Shown here: in pieces, positions 9,751 to 18,811 of the stretch
How the letters are laid out: every line of letters begins with the position of its first letter
Numbering within the stretch: the stretch's first letter is position 1
Source of the DNA: Polyangiaceae bacterium
GTDB taxonomy: Bacteria; Myxococcota_A; Polyangia; Polyangiales; Polyangiaceae
Length of the DNA stretch: 64,000 nucleotides
Direction: 5' to 3'
Assembly (NCBI GenBank): GCA_965222375.1
Contig: CBDCTZ010000016.1
Coordinates: 544,001-608,000 of the forward strand
Made by a program: the position numbers and the translations under genes
The notes under the pieces: generated by a model
Seen by the model: the letters and a program-made list of their open reading frames with translations, nothing else
Databases searched by the model: none
What the model was told of the DNA's origin: nothing

Positions 9751-10329
9751 CTACTCGACCTTCGGCGCGTTTGGCCACAGTGCGGTCAGCTCGAGCTCGA
9801 TGGCATCGAAGGGCTCCAGGCGCACGACCTCGGACTCGCCATGCACGGCAACAAGCCGATAGCTGTCGCCGTCCAATCGGAACACCTCGACGCTCCGTTC
9901 AAGGGGACTGACGAGCCAAGCGTGCCGCACCCCTTCGCGCGCATACACCGGTAGCTTGCGCCGTCGATCGAGAAGTGCGGTGCTGGGCGACAACACCTCG
10001 CACGCCCAATCGGGCGCCAGCTCTATGTATGGGGCGTCGGGCACTGCAGGTAGACGTTCGCGTCGCCAGCCCGCCAAGTCGGGGACCAAGATGTCCGCGC
10101 CAAAGTGCAATTCCGGCTCGTCCAAGATGGTCCAACCACCTGGCCCGCCGCGACCACGATGAAATGGTCCGCCGATGTCCATTCCGAGCACTGACGCGGC
10201 CTCAGAGTGTGGCGCTGCTGGACGTGGACTCGTGAACAGCTCACCCGCTACAATTTCGGCGACTAGATGGTCCGGTGCATCGAGCACATCTTGGTAAGTC
10301 GCGAGTTTCTTGGCCGTATCCACCGCCAT
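9751..10329 (-). CDS. Uma2 family (DUF820) PD-(D/E)XK endonuclease
   Basis: AEIVAGEL, PRPAAPH, GGPGGWTILDEPEL, VPDLAGWRRER, PDWACEVLSPST, KLPVYAREGV. Confidence 0.93.
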   Translation of the reverse strand: MAVDTAKKLATYQDVLDAPDHLVAEIVAGELFTSPRPAAPHSEAASVLGMDIGGPFHRGRGGPGGWTILDEPELHFGADILVPDLAGWRRERLPAVPDAPYIELAPDWACEVLSPSTALLDRRRKLPVYAREGVRHAWLVSPLERSVEVFRLDGDSYRLVAVHGESEVVRLEPFDAIELELTALWPNAPKVE

Positions 10330-10453
10330 GGATGGCTAATGTAGCACCGACTCGCCCGGATCGGCTCGCCGGGAGCATCTCTGTGCTCGCCCCGCGTCTT
10401 CGAGCTAGAGTTCGGGAAATGGCCAGCGCGGCTGCCACGAAGGTCGGGGACTC

Positions 10454-12037
10454 ATGAAATCCGGGGAGGGTGCGTCGTATCAAAGCAACCTCTGCCGGCG
10501 TGGGTATGACCGCTCAAGAAGACTCCTCGCGCTACTCACAGTGTGCTGCGCCGGCGCGTGCCAAGAGCCCACTCAGATCCGCCTCGAGATCGCCACGAAC
10601 ATTCCAGCCTGCAAGGATGTGACGCTAACGGCGATCGCAGCCGGGCGCCCGGACGACGTGGGGCAGCGCGCTTTCAGCGCCGAAACCAGCAAGTGTGAGC
10701 CAGCCACGGGCAAGATCGGCTCCCTGGTGCTGGTGCCGAGTGACGGGGATGGCGATGCTCTAGGCGTGCAGGCGGTGACGGCCCTGGGTCAGATGACGCT
10801 GGGTAGCTGCAAGGACAACGGTTACAAAGTGCTCGCCGGGCAAGCTGGTGGCTGCATCATACAACGCAGACAAGTGCGCTTTGCGCCGCACACACCGTTG
10901 ACGCTGCCGATCACGATGGACGCGGCCTGCGTGGACGTGCCGTGCGACCCGGCGACAACCTGCGTAGGAGGGACGTGTGTGTCCCGCGATGTGCCCGACC
11001 CTGCGAGTTGTCCTTTGCCCGGAGGGTGCGGAGCCGCCACCGGGGGCGCCGCCCTGGACCGCTGTGTTAGCCAATTCGAATGCGCTCAAGGTCTGGTCTG
11101 CAAGTCCTTCGGCGGAGAGAAACGTTGCACGCCGGCCTGCCCAACAGTTGGAGCTAATCCACTTTGCCCAGCTGGCACTCGCTGCGAAGGCATTAGTGGA
11201 AGCAAGTACTGCGCCCCGTCCGACATCGGCAAGCCTTGCACTTCGGGGACGAACTGCAACTACGCGTGTCTTGTGGCGCAAAATTACTGCACCGGCAATT
11301 GCACGACTGCAGCTGATTGCCCGAACGGTTGGGGGTGCATGCCTGTGGGCGGGGAGCGCATCTGTGTCAAAGCCGCCGCCACATGCGATGGCGTGGACAA
11401 CTCCAAGTGTGTAGTCCCGGCTGCCTGCGACCTGTCCCCCGCACTGATTGTGGGCAGTTGTACCCTGGCGTGCACCGACCCATCCGATTGTCCCCAACGC
11501 GCTTTAGGCATGAGCCCCTGGACCTGCGACGGTCTGTGCCGTCGACCCTCCGGCGATGGCACCGCTGTCTACGGGCCGCTCGAGGGGGGGACCACGCCAC
11601 CCCAATGGGCCTGCAACGGGCTAGGTCAGGTCGTGAACGTGTGCGGGGATGGTCAACATGTCGATTTCAACACGTTCATGATTCCAGAGCCACCAGTCGT
11701 GGATTGCTCCAGCAACACCACGACGAAGGGGCTACCGGGAGATGCTTGCGTGGACTCGTGCCGCTACGTTGGTGGCTGTCCGTTTGGATACACATGCGCG
11801 GCCGTTGGCTCAATTGGAGCTAGCAACCGGATCGGGTTGTGTTTGCCGAGTTTCGGTTCGGCCAAGATCGGCGCCCTCTGCACGCGCCATGCAGATTGCT
11901 TTTTTGGCTATTGCAACCTGACCAAAGGCAAGTGTTCGCGGGACTGCAGCTGGGACGGTTTCTGCCCAACTGGCTCCAGCTGCGTGCGCGGCGGTGGCCC
12001 AGACGTGGAGAGCCTTCCTTTCCGCCGTTGCGAATGA
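10454..12037 (+). CDS. Lipoprotein, shared N-domain family member 5, long Cys-rich tail
   Basis: AGAC-QEPTQIRLEIATN; KIGSLVLVPSDG; CIIQRRQVRFAP; ~330-aa Cys-rich tail; start may be downstream. Confidence 0.87.
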   Translation: MKSGEGASYQSNLCRRGYDRSRRLLALLTVCCAGACQEPTQIRLEIATNIPACKDVTLTAIAAGRPDDVGQRAFSAETSKCEPATGKIGSLVLVPSDGDGDALGVQAVTALGQMTLGSCKDNGYKVLAGQAGGCIIQRRQVRFAPHTPLTLPITMDAACVDVPCDPATTCVGGTCVSRDVPDPASCPLPGGCGAATGGAALDRCVSQFECAQGLVCKSFGGEKRCTPACPTVGANPLCPAGTRCEGISGSKYCAPSDIGKPCTSGTNCNYACLVAQNYCTGNCTTAADCPNGWGCMPVGGERICVKAAATCDGVDNSKCVVPAACDLSPALIVGSCTLACTDPSDCPQRALGMSPWTCDGLCRRPSGDGTAVYGPLEGGTTPPQWACNGLGQVVNVCGDGQHVDFNTFMIPEPPVVDCSSNTTTKGLPGDACVDSCRYVGGCPFGYTCAAVGSIGASNRIGLCLPSFGSAKIGALCTRHADCFFGYCNLTKGKCSRDCSWDGFCPTGSSCVRGGGPDVESLPFRRCE

Positions 12038-12083
12038 CCGTAGCAGTACTAGCTTAGGTTCGGGTTGAGCCAGCAGTTGCCCC

Positions 12084-13643
12084 CTAAAGCCGGTCCGGAT
12101 TCCCCGTTGGTTTCGGTGGTGGCCTCGGTTTCGGGATCGGCCGCGGTTTCGGCGTGGGACTCTTGCGCACTTGGGGCCATGTGCGTGGCTTGGGCTTGGG
12201 TGTCGGTGCTTTCTTTGTCGTGGCGCTAGGTGCTGCAGGGGATGGCTCTGGTTTCGGAGTGCTCGCCTGCTTCGCGATTCTCAATCGAGCATCAATGATC
12301 GCTGCGCGGGCCGGGGCAATGGCCGGGCGAATTGGTGGCATGGGTTCTGGCGATGATCGTGCTGCAATGACGATGACCGCGACTAGCAGCACGCCACCCC
12401 CTACGGCCGCAAGCGCTGCAGGAATCGCCCAGTGGGTCCATGCTTTCGGCGCAACGGATCGTCCTCGGGCTTGGCTCCAGCCGGGCGCGGTGCTGGGTCC
12501 CGCGGCCATAGCTGGCGTGACCGCGTCGATACGGAGGTCCTGGCTCGAGATCCTATCGACGCGGATATCTGGGCTTGAGATTCCGCCAATACGGACCTGC
12601 GGGCTCGAGCTTGCCTCGAGATCCGAAATCAGCGGTAGAGACGGCCGGCTTGTCTCAGGGCCGAACTGCGCCAGCGCTGTGGCGAAGGCAGCCATGGTCT
12701 GGAAACGCTTTTCGCGGTCCTTGGTCAGTGCACCGTAGACGACAGCCTCGAGCGTTTCCGGCACCTCCGGCCGCAACTCACGCAACGAGGCCACTGGATC
12801 TGCCACGATCGCCGCGGCGACGGCCGTCGCTGATTCGCCTTCGAAAGGAGTTCTGCCGGTCAGGGCCTCGAAGAGGATTACGCCGAGCGACCAGATGTCA
12901 CTGCGCGGATCGACTTTCTTGGCGCTTCGGACCTGCTCCGGAGACATGTACAAGGCTGTGCCGAGTGCGGAAAAGGTCGAGGTGAGGCTTGGCTCGTCCT
13001 CGTCCGCTGCGACCTTCGAGATCCCGAAGTCGAGTACCTTGACAGTACGCCGCCCCGCGACTTCGGCCAGGAATAGGTTTCCGGGTTTGAGGTCCCGATG
13101 CACGATGCCAACCCCGTGTGCCTCGATCATCGCATCGCACGCTTGAAGTACATACCCCACCGCCGTCGTGATGGGCAGCGCTCCGCGTTGAGCGAGCTCC
13201 CGGGCGAGATCATGGCCGTGCAGAAACTCCATCACCATGAACGGCGTGCCATCTGGAGTCGTGTCCACGTCCGAAACTCGCGCGACGTGTGGACTTGTTA
13301 GACGGGTGGCAGCACGGGCTTCACGTTCGAAGCGGGCAACGATGTCCCTTCGATCTGTGAGCGATGGATGCAGGAGTTTGACCGCCACTCGCTGCCGCAG
13401 CTTCAGGTGCTCAGCTTCGTAAACCGCACCCATGCCGCCACTACCTATGGTGTGCAGAAGGCGATATCGCCCCGCCAAGATCGTGCCGTCTGCGGGAAGG
13501 GTCACGTCGGATACTATAGCAGCGCGCGTTCGCGGCTCTTGAGGGGATTCCTCCCTTTTGCCCCATCCTGCATCAACCAGGGCATCTCGCCATCCCTGGT
13601 CTCGAGGTCTTGGCGTCAGCGGTTCAGAGGAAAGAGCTTCCAC
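12084..13643 (-). CDS. Membrane-anchored Ser/Thr protein kinase
   Basis: IGSGGMGAVY, VAVK, HRDLKPGN, DFG, YMSPEQ; one TM then Pro/Lys-rich tail; start uncertain. Confidence 0.95.
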   Translation of the reverse strand: MEALSSEPLTPRPRDQGWRDALVDAGWGKREESPQEPRTRAAIVSDVTLPADGTILAGRYRLLHTIGSGGMGAVYEAEHLKLRQRVAVKLLHPSLTDRRDIVARFEREARAATRLTSPHVARVSDVDTTPDGTPFMVMEFLHGHDLARELAQRGALPITTAVGYVLQACDAMIEAHGVGIVHRDLKPGNLFLAEVAGRRTVKVLDFGISKVAADEDEPSLTSTFSALGTALYMSPEQVRSAKKVDPRSDIWSLGVILFEALTGRTPFEGESATAVAAAIVADPVASLRELRPEVPETLEAVVYGALTKDREKRFQTMAAFATALAQFGPETSRPSLPLISDLEASSSPQVRIGGISSPDIRVDRISSQDLRIDAVTPAMAAGPSTAPGWSQARGRSVAPKAWTHWAIPAALAAVGGGVLLVAVIVIAARSSPEPMPPIRPAIAPARAAIIDARLRIAKQASTPKPEPSPAAPSATTKKAPTPKPKPRTWPQVRKSPTPKPRPIPKPRPPPKPTGNPDRL

Positions 13644-13695
13644 GGATGGGGTGGCGCGCGCGGAAGATGCCCCTAGAACGCCTGAACAAACGATC

Positions 13696-13726
13696 GCGAG
13701 CGCGCGAAATCCATTCGCACGCTCGC
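13696..13726 (-). terminator. Putative terminator hairpin after the DUF2330 gene
   Basis: GCGAGCGCGCGAA-atcca-TTCGCACGCTCGC, 13-bp stem with one mismatch, 25 nt past the stop. Confidence 0.45.
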
Positions 13727-13750
13727 AGTCCGTTCGGGTTCTTCGTTGCC

Positions 13751-15448
13751 TCAGCCGAAGCGACGGCGGCCAAAGGATAGGCCTAGGAAACCGAGACCCA
13801 ACAAAAGCAGCAGGGTGTCTCCGGCGCCGCTTGAACCGCCCGCCGTCCTACAGGCGCAACCGTTGGTCTCCTGCTGAGGCCAACCCTGGTCGAGATTATG
13901 GGCGACGACCTCATTTTGCACCTTCTTGCGGTTGTCCACGAGCACGATGGGGTCACCTTCTTTCGGTACTTCTTCGATGCTGAGTGCGAAGGGCATCGAC
14001 GAATCCCAGCTGGGCCAGGTCTCGCCGGCAGGCACGGCGACCTGCTGGCCCGTGGGCAGCTCGAAGACGCTCGTGCCGCTGCACAGGATTCGACGGTTGG
14101 CTAGTCCCGGTAGCAGCACATCGGGCAAGTCGCCGCGCTTGTGGAACGTCGGATCGAGGGTCATCTCCGATGCGGACATGGTGGTCAGCATGCGCGTCAG
14201 ATAGGGATATTTGTCGAGTAGCTCGGACGCCCGTTTTCCTGGCCGTACAACCCGGTCGTTGAAGTCCTGGGAAAGGAGCGTCGGGTCCCATTGGCTGAGG
14301 TCCAATTGGTCCTGGTAACAACTGACGCAGCCGTAGAATTGCTCATCGCTGAGCCCTGACGGACGTGGCAGGTACTGCTGAAGCAGGGGTAGAACCAATG
14401 GGTGGTTGAAGTTGCAGAACCCACCGACAGATGAACCGCCGCTCGAACACGACACGAGGCCTTGAGTCTGCAGTTCGGGAATCAGCGCAGTCGGCTCGAT
14501 GCCGAGGAGCTTCGCCGCGTCCCAGTCTTCACTGAAGACTCCCGCGGGATTGGCCACGCTGGAGGGTCCCGCATACTCGGTCACGAAGGCCTGGCCATTG
14601 GCTACGGGTGAATCCGCCGCCCGCGACACGACCTCCATGTAGTTTGCGCCCCGGGATTGCCAGTCGATGCGCACTGGATTCAAGATCATGTGCTTGTAGT
14701 TCGTCGGCACCACGCGCTCGTGACCTAGGAAGAAAGTGCGCACGCTCATGTCGTCCGTCGCAGCCACGGCGGTGAGCTTGATGGGAACACAGGGTTCGGT
14801 GCCCTCGTAGCTGAAGACCAAGGGATGGATCTCGTTGACGTCCGTGCCAGCCGTCAGCTTGACTGCCGCGAACAGGAAACCCTTCAGTACGTATTCTTCT
14901 AGAATCTCCGGTGCTGCATCGGAGTCCTGGTAGCCGTTGTCGCCGAGCCACTTGCTAACTTCTGCCGCGGTTCCGCCTTCGAGGACGACGATTTCGAAAG
15001 CACCCGCTTGCGTGCGCTGAACCACATTCGGGCCGCTGCTGCCAGTGGTGCCGCCGCTACCGCCGAATCCACCGCCTCCAGAGGCTTGTGCAGAGTTGCT
15101 GTCGCTTTCACAGGTGTCACGACTTGTGGTGAACCCATAGGACGGCACACTGCCGTTGAGCAAACTCTGGAACAACGGCTCGGAACCAACCTCGAACTTC
15201 GGGTTCTTTGGCACCGGAATGACCCAGGCGAACCGCTCCGCCACGCCCTGGTATTGGATCTGAACGTGGGCTTCGACCCGGCCTTCCTCGATGATGAACA
15301 CAATGTTCTCGCCCGATTGGTCCACCGGCATGGCGATAGGGCCGTTGTCGCAGAAGGTGCCGCCGCAAGCTTGGGCGGGGGCCGACTCCATCGCGACGGC
15401 GGCTGCCAGGCCGGTCATGGCCCATCGAACAAAGGTGCGTGTTCCCAT
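13751..15448 (-). CDS. DUF2330 domain protein with MYXO-CTERM sorting signal
   Basis: GGAGG RBS then ATG 15448; AQA-CGGTFCD, VDQSGENIVF, FAWVIPVP, WLGDNGY, PIKLTAVAA; C-end GCACRTAG-hydrophobic-RRR. Confidence 0.9.
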   Translation of the reverse strand: MGTRTFVRWAMTGLAAAVAMESAPAQACGGTFCDNGPIAMPVDQSGENIVFIIEEGRVEAHVQIQYQGVAERFAWVIPVPKNPKFEVGSEPLFQSLLNGSVPSYGFTTSRDTCESDSNSAQASGGGGFGGSGGTTGSSGPNVVQRTQAGAFEIVVLEGGTAAEVSKWLGDNGYQDSDAAPEILEEYVLKGFLFAAVKLTAGTDVNEIHPLVFSYEGTEPCVPIKLTAVAATDDMSVRTFFLGHERVVPTNYKHMILNPVRIDWQSRGANYMEVVSRAADSPVANGQAFVTEYAGPSSVANPAGVFSEDWDAAKLLGIEPTALIPELQTQGLVSCSSGGSSVGGFCNFNHPLVLPLLQQYLPRPSGLSDEQFYGCVSCYQDQLDLSQWDPTLLSQDFNDRVVRPGKRASELLDKYPYLTRMLTTMSASEMTLDPTFHKRGDLPDVLLPGLANRRILCSGTSVFELPTGQQVAVPAGETWPSWDSSMPFALSIEEVPKEGDPIVLVDNRKKVQNEVVAHNLDQGWPQQETNGCACRTAGGSSGAGDTLLLLLGLGFLGLSFGRRRFG

Positions 15449-15630
15449 TGTGGTTCCTCCAGGTGCGCCGAGCCGAATCAGGCACAGGGGTGCACCTAGC
15501 AACCGGTGTGCCTGCCGCGAGTTGCCCTCGTTCGGCAAAACACGGGGACTCTGCCTGCCCGCCCGGCACAAGTCGGCACACACGCTGCCAGGCCGATCCG
15601 GACCTACATTGTCCCCACCGCCCCTGATTT

Positions 15631-16224
15631 TCAGGGCGTGAAGCATTTGCCGGGTTTGTAGTCTGGGCCGCACAGACACTTGCAGTACTCCTGGGTGGCG
15701 GACTGCGCTTCGTTGCACACTGGCGTCACCCGCAATGTCGCCGAGCCGGTGCTGAAATCCGAATACAACTCAGTCGCCTTCAATTCGAGCTCCAGCTCGA
15801 TGCCGTTGGCCCCAGCCGCGCTTTCGCTGGGACACAGCGTCAAATGCACGACCTGGCTGATCGAGCGGCGGTCTGTAATGAACTTGGTTGGATGCCCAGG
15901 CAGGCGCTGCAGCTTGACGTTACGAGAATCTTCGACCACTAGCTCGCCGGTTGCAGCGTTCTTGAGGGTCGCTTCCAGATCCACGACATTGCTGTCGGTG
16001 TGATCGATCTGAGCGCCGACCAGTATGACGAATCCGCCCTGTGGAGGTAGGAAGAAGTCGATATCGCCACCATCTTCCAACAGTACGACAGGGTCGGTTT
16101 CTGGCGTGTACATCAACGGCTCGACCGCAAGATCCGAAGAAGGCCTCGGTTCTTCTGCAGGATCGCCACATGCGCAGAGCATCGCGATCAACGCCATTGT
16201 CGCTAGGCAGTGCAGCTTGCGCAC
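15631..16224 (-). CDS. Lipoprotein of unknown function
   Basis: LIAMLCAC-G lipobox; PPQGGFVILVG; terminal CKCLC..Y.PGKC. Confidence 0.8.
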   Translation of the reverse strand: MRKLHCLATMALIAMLCACGDPAEEPRPSSDLAVEPLMYTPETDPVVLLEDGGDIDFFLPPQGGFVILVGAQIDHTDSNVVDLEATLKNAATGELVVEDSRNVKLQRLPGHPTKFITDRRSISQVVHLTLCPSESAAGANGIELELELKATELYSDFSTGSATLRVTPVCNEAQSATQEYCKCLCGPDYKPGKCFTP

Positions 16225-16300
16225 GCCGATCGAGGTAGCACACCGAGTGCCAGGTGGTCGGTCAAGCGTTCCACAGGTCAGGCTACGGCCCGCACGGCTT

Positions 16301-17143
16301 CTAGTTGACGCAGTGGCCGGCTTGGCAGACTTGCGGGCTGGTACAGGGTGGGCTCGCACCACACCCTCGTGAGCAGACGCAGATCGCGGCCTGGAGATGC
16401 GTTGACGTGCAGTCGATCTTCTTGGCGCGGCCACACGCACCAGCGTTGTTGTACGCCGCCAGGCAAACGCCGCCACCGGTCAGGCAGATCTTCTCGCAGG
16501 AGGACTGAGTCGAGTTGTAGCGCAGATCGCAACTTGTCCCGGTCTGGGCGCAAACATTCGAAACGCCCGGAACCGCGCTGTAGGTCTCTTTGCAGCTCGG
16601 AAGGTTCAATACGCCACCTGTACCACCGCCGCCGGTACCGATGATGCCTCCGGTTCCGCCCGTTGGACCGCCGCCGGTACCGATGATGCCTCCGGTTCCG
16701 CCCGTTGGAGCGCCGCCGGTACCGATGATGCCTCCGGTTCCGCCCGTTGGAGCGCCACCGGTGCCCACACCGCCCGTGCCGCCGGTTGGGACGCCCCCAG
16801 TGCCAACGCCTCCGGTACTCACACCACCCGTTCCAATGCCGCCCGTGTTGACGCCCCCAGTGCTGACGCCGCCTGTACTGACGCCCCCGGTGCCCATACC
16901 GCCGGTTCCAACGCCCCCAGTGCTGACGCCGCCTGTGCTGACGCCTCCGGTGTTGGTACCCCCAGTGCTCACACCGCCGCTTCCCGCGACTCCGCCACCG
17001 CTGCCTGCACTTCCGCCAGTTCCGCTCAACCCACCACCGCCCGCACTGGCGTCACTACCGCCGGGACCGAAGTCGAAACCTTCGAAGTCGTTGGTGCATG
17101 AGGCGAGCAAGACGAAGCTGAAAACAATGGCTAGGTGGCGCAT
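16301..17143 (-). CDS. Gly/Thr-repeat lipoprotein with Cys-rich C-terminus
   Basis: LLASC lipobox; long TGGVx repeat linker; Cys-rich domain. Confidence 0.85.
   Translation of the reverse strand: MRHLAIVFSFVLLASCTNDFEGFDFGPGGSDASAGGGGLSGTGGSAGSGGGVAGSGGVSTGGTNTGGVSTGGVSTGGVGTGGMGTGGVSTGGVSTGGVNTGGIGTGGVSTGGVGTGGVPTGGTGGVGTGGAPTGGTGGIIGTGGAPTGGTGGIIGTGGGPTGGTGGIIGTGGGGTGGVLNLPSCKETYSAVPGVSNVCAQTGTSCDLRYNSTQSSCEKICLTGGGVCLAAYNNAGACGRAKKIDCTSTHLQAAICVCSRGCGASPPCTSPQVCQAGHCVN
16631..16756. repeat. Coding tandem repeat, 3 x 42 bp
   Basis: GCCGGTACCGATGATGCCTCCGGTTCCGCCCGTTGGA(C/G)CGCC at 16631, 16673 and 16715. Confidence 0.9.
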
Positions 17144-17783
17144 GAACCGAGTTTGTCAGAGCGGACCTGCAAACGCCAGAAACAGCTCGTGCGCGACGGC
17201 GTGAAACGTGGGCGGATGTGCGATGCCCGCGCCTTGCCGAGTACATCCGAAAGCGTCGCCGTTGCGGCCACTTGCCCTTCCAGGTGATTGGTCCGGTTGG
17301 GCGAGGTGCCGTGCGTGCGGTCGTGATCGTCCTGTTTCATCTCCCGGGTGCAACCGAGTGTATTGGAACCAATGAACGAACTTGTAGCAGTCGGTGCCAA
17401 GGCGATCGCGATGGAGTCTTCTGGCACAGCCAGCCGAGAGCGGTTACTCATGCGAACCCCATTGCGGTCATAGCGCGCGCGCGTGACGAACACGGAGCGA
17501 TGCGCGAGTGACTCCATCACGCTGACCGACTAGACCCGCGCTCAGCCGAACTCTAATGGCAGGTGCACTGACATCGGGACTGATGCGGAGTTCGTTCTGC
17601 TTCGTCGCGACAGGGCATGGCAAGCCCGACGGAGTCGTCACCTGCACGACAGTCGGCTCTACGGTTTTCTGGGCGCAGTCAAGTCGACGTAGTGCCCCCT
17701 GAGAGTGCAGCTCGGTGACCCAGGCCAAGTGGTGTGGGTGGTTTTCGCTGAATGCCTCCCGATGCGCCGGCAACAAACTGGCC

Positions 17784-18251
17784 ATGCGCACGAAAACGCC
17801 GGGTTTGCACCCCCTATTGAGCCTTCTGGCTGTCGGCCTGCTCGCGGCATGTTCGTCACCGCCGGCCGCGAAGGCTTCGAACTCCGTTCAGGAAGTCCCG
17901 CCGAACACGCCGATTCCTGCCAACGCTCGTCACGTGCGCCTGAACGTCGTGACCGGTAGCCATTGGGGCTCATCGACCAAGACCCTCAGCGTGCTGGTTG
18001 AGGACAAGGCTGTGCGCGTCGACCGTGCTGATGGCAAGCCGCGCTTGATCAGCATCGACCAATGGAACCAGGCGCGGGAAGTGCTCAACACGGGCCTAGC
18101 AGCAGCAACTCCCACCTCGGAGCGCGGCTGTTATCACGCTGGCATGGACTGCTGGTTCCGCGTTTCCAACGACGGCCATTCCCGGGAAGGCTGCTGCCTT
18201 TCCCCCGTGGGCCTCGCCGTCGAAGAGGGCGCCGAGCTGCTCACTCAGTGA
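17784..18251 (+). CDS. Lipoprotein of unknown function
   Basis: MRTK...LLAVGLLAAC lipobox. Confidence 0.75.
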   Translation: MRTKTPGLHPLLSLLAVGLLAACSSPPAAKASNSVQEVPPNTPIPANARHVRLNVVTGSHWGSSTKTLSVLVEDKAVRVDRADGKPRLISIDQWNQAREVLNTGLAAATPTSERGCYHAGMDCWFRVSNDGHSREGCCLSPVGLAVEEGAELLTQ

Positions 18252-18289
18252 GCAGCCGCCCCGCGCCCGCCAGCTGACCATTCACCGAG

Positions 18290-18733
18290 TCAATCCACGG
18301 GCGCCAAATGCGCGACGCACTTTCCGCTCTGGCAGAGTGGAATCCAGTCCGTGAGGGAGTGGATGCACTTCGCGCAGTTTGGGACTTCGCAATCGACGAC
18401 AGCGCAGGCGCCTTGCTTGTCTTTCAACCGCTTCTTGGTCAGCGCGTGAGGCGCGCGGCAACCGCAGCCGCAACACCCATCCCACATCGTCACCACGCAT
18501 TCGTCCGCGCTCGAGCAAGCTTGCTTGGGCTCCGTCGGCAACTCGCTCGACTCGGGCCTACTCCCCACTAGCGGGTCCGTCCGCATCGTGGTCGTCGTAG
18601 TGGTCGCAGTGCTTTCGGATGGAGGTGCGCTTTGACCTTCGGACGACGGGCCCTGCTCAGCTGGTAGCGGCGTCGACGCGCAGCTGCACCCGAGGCAGGC
18701 CACGATCACTGCCGCCGACAGTGTGGTTTTCAT
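18290..18733 (-). CDS. Small Cys-rich lipoprotein
   Basis: Signal ending LGCSC; CSSADECV..GCCGCGC motif. Confidence 0.78.
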   Translation of the reverse strand: MKTTLSAAVIVACLGCSCASTPLPAEQGPSSEGQSAPPSESTATTTTTTMRTDPLVGSRPESSELPTEPKQACSSADECVVTMWDGCCGCGCRAPHALTKKRLKDKQGACAVVDCEVPNCAKCIHSLTDWIPLCQSGKCVAHLAPVD

Positions 18734-18811
18734 GCTGCTCGAAGCCTACAGCCGACGTTCGCGCGCGCAAAGGGGACAGAGTCCGCACGCGACTCGCGTC
18801 GGTCGCCGCCG

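Noticed and set aside
16590..17204. Pro-rich plus-strand ORF and similar shadow ORFs (e.g. 25341, 28834, 31322, 18923)
   Set aside because: These are antisense or off-frame shadows of real genes in high-GC DNA.
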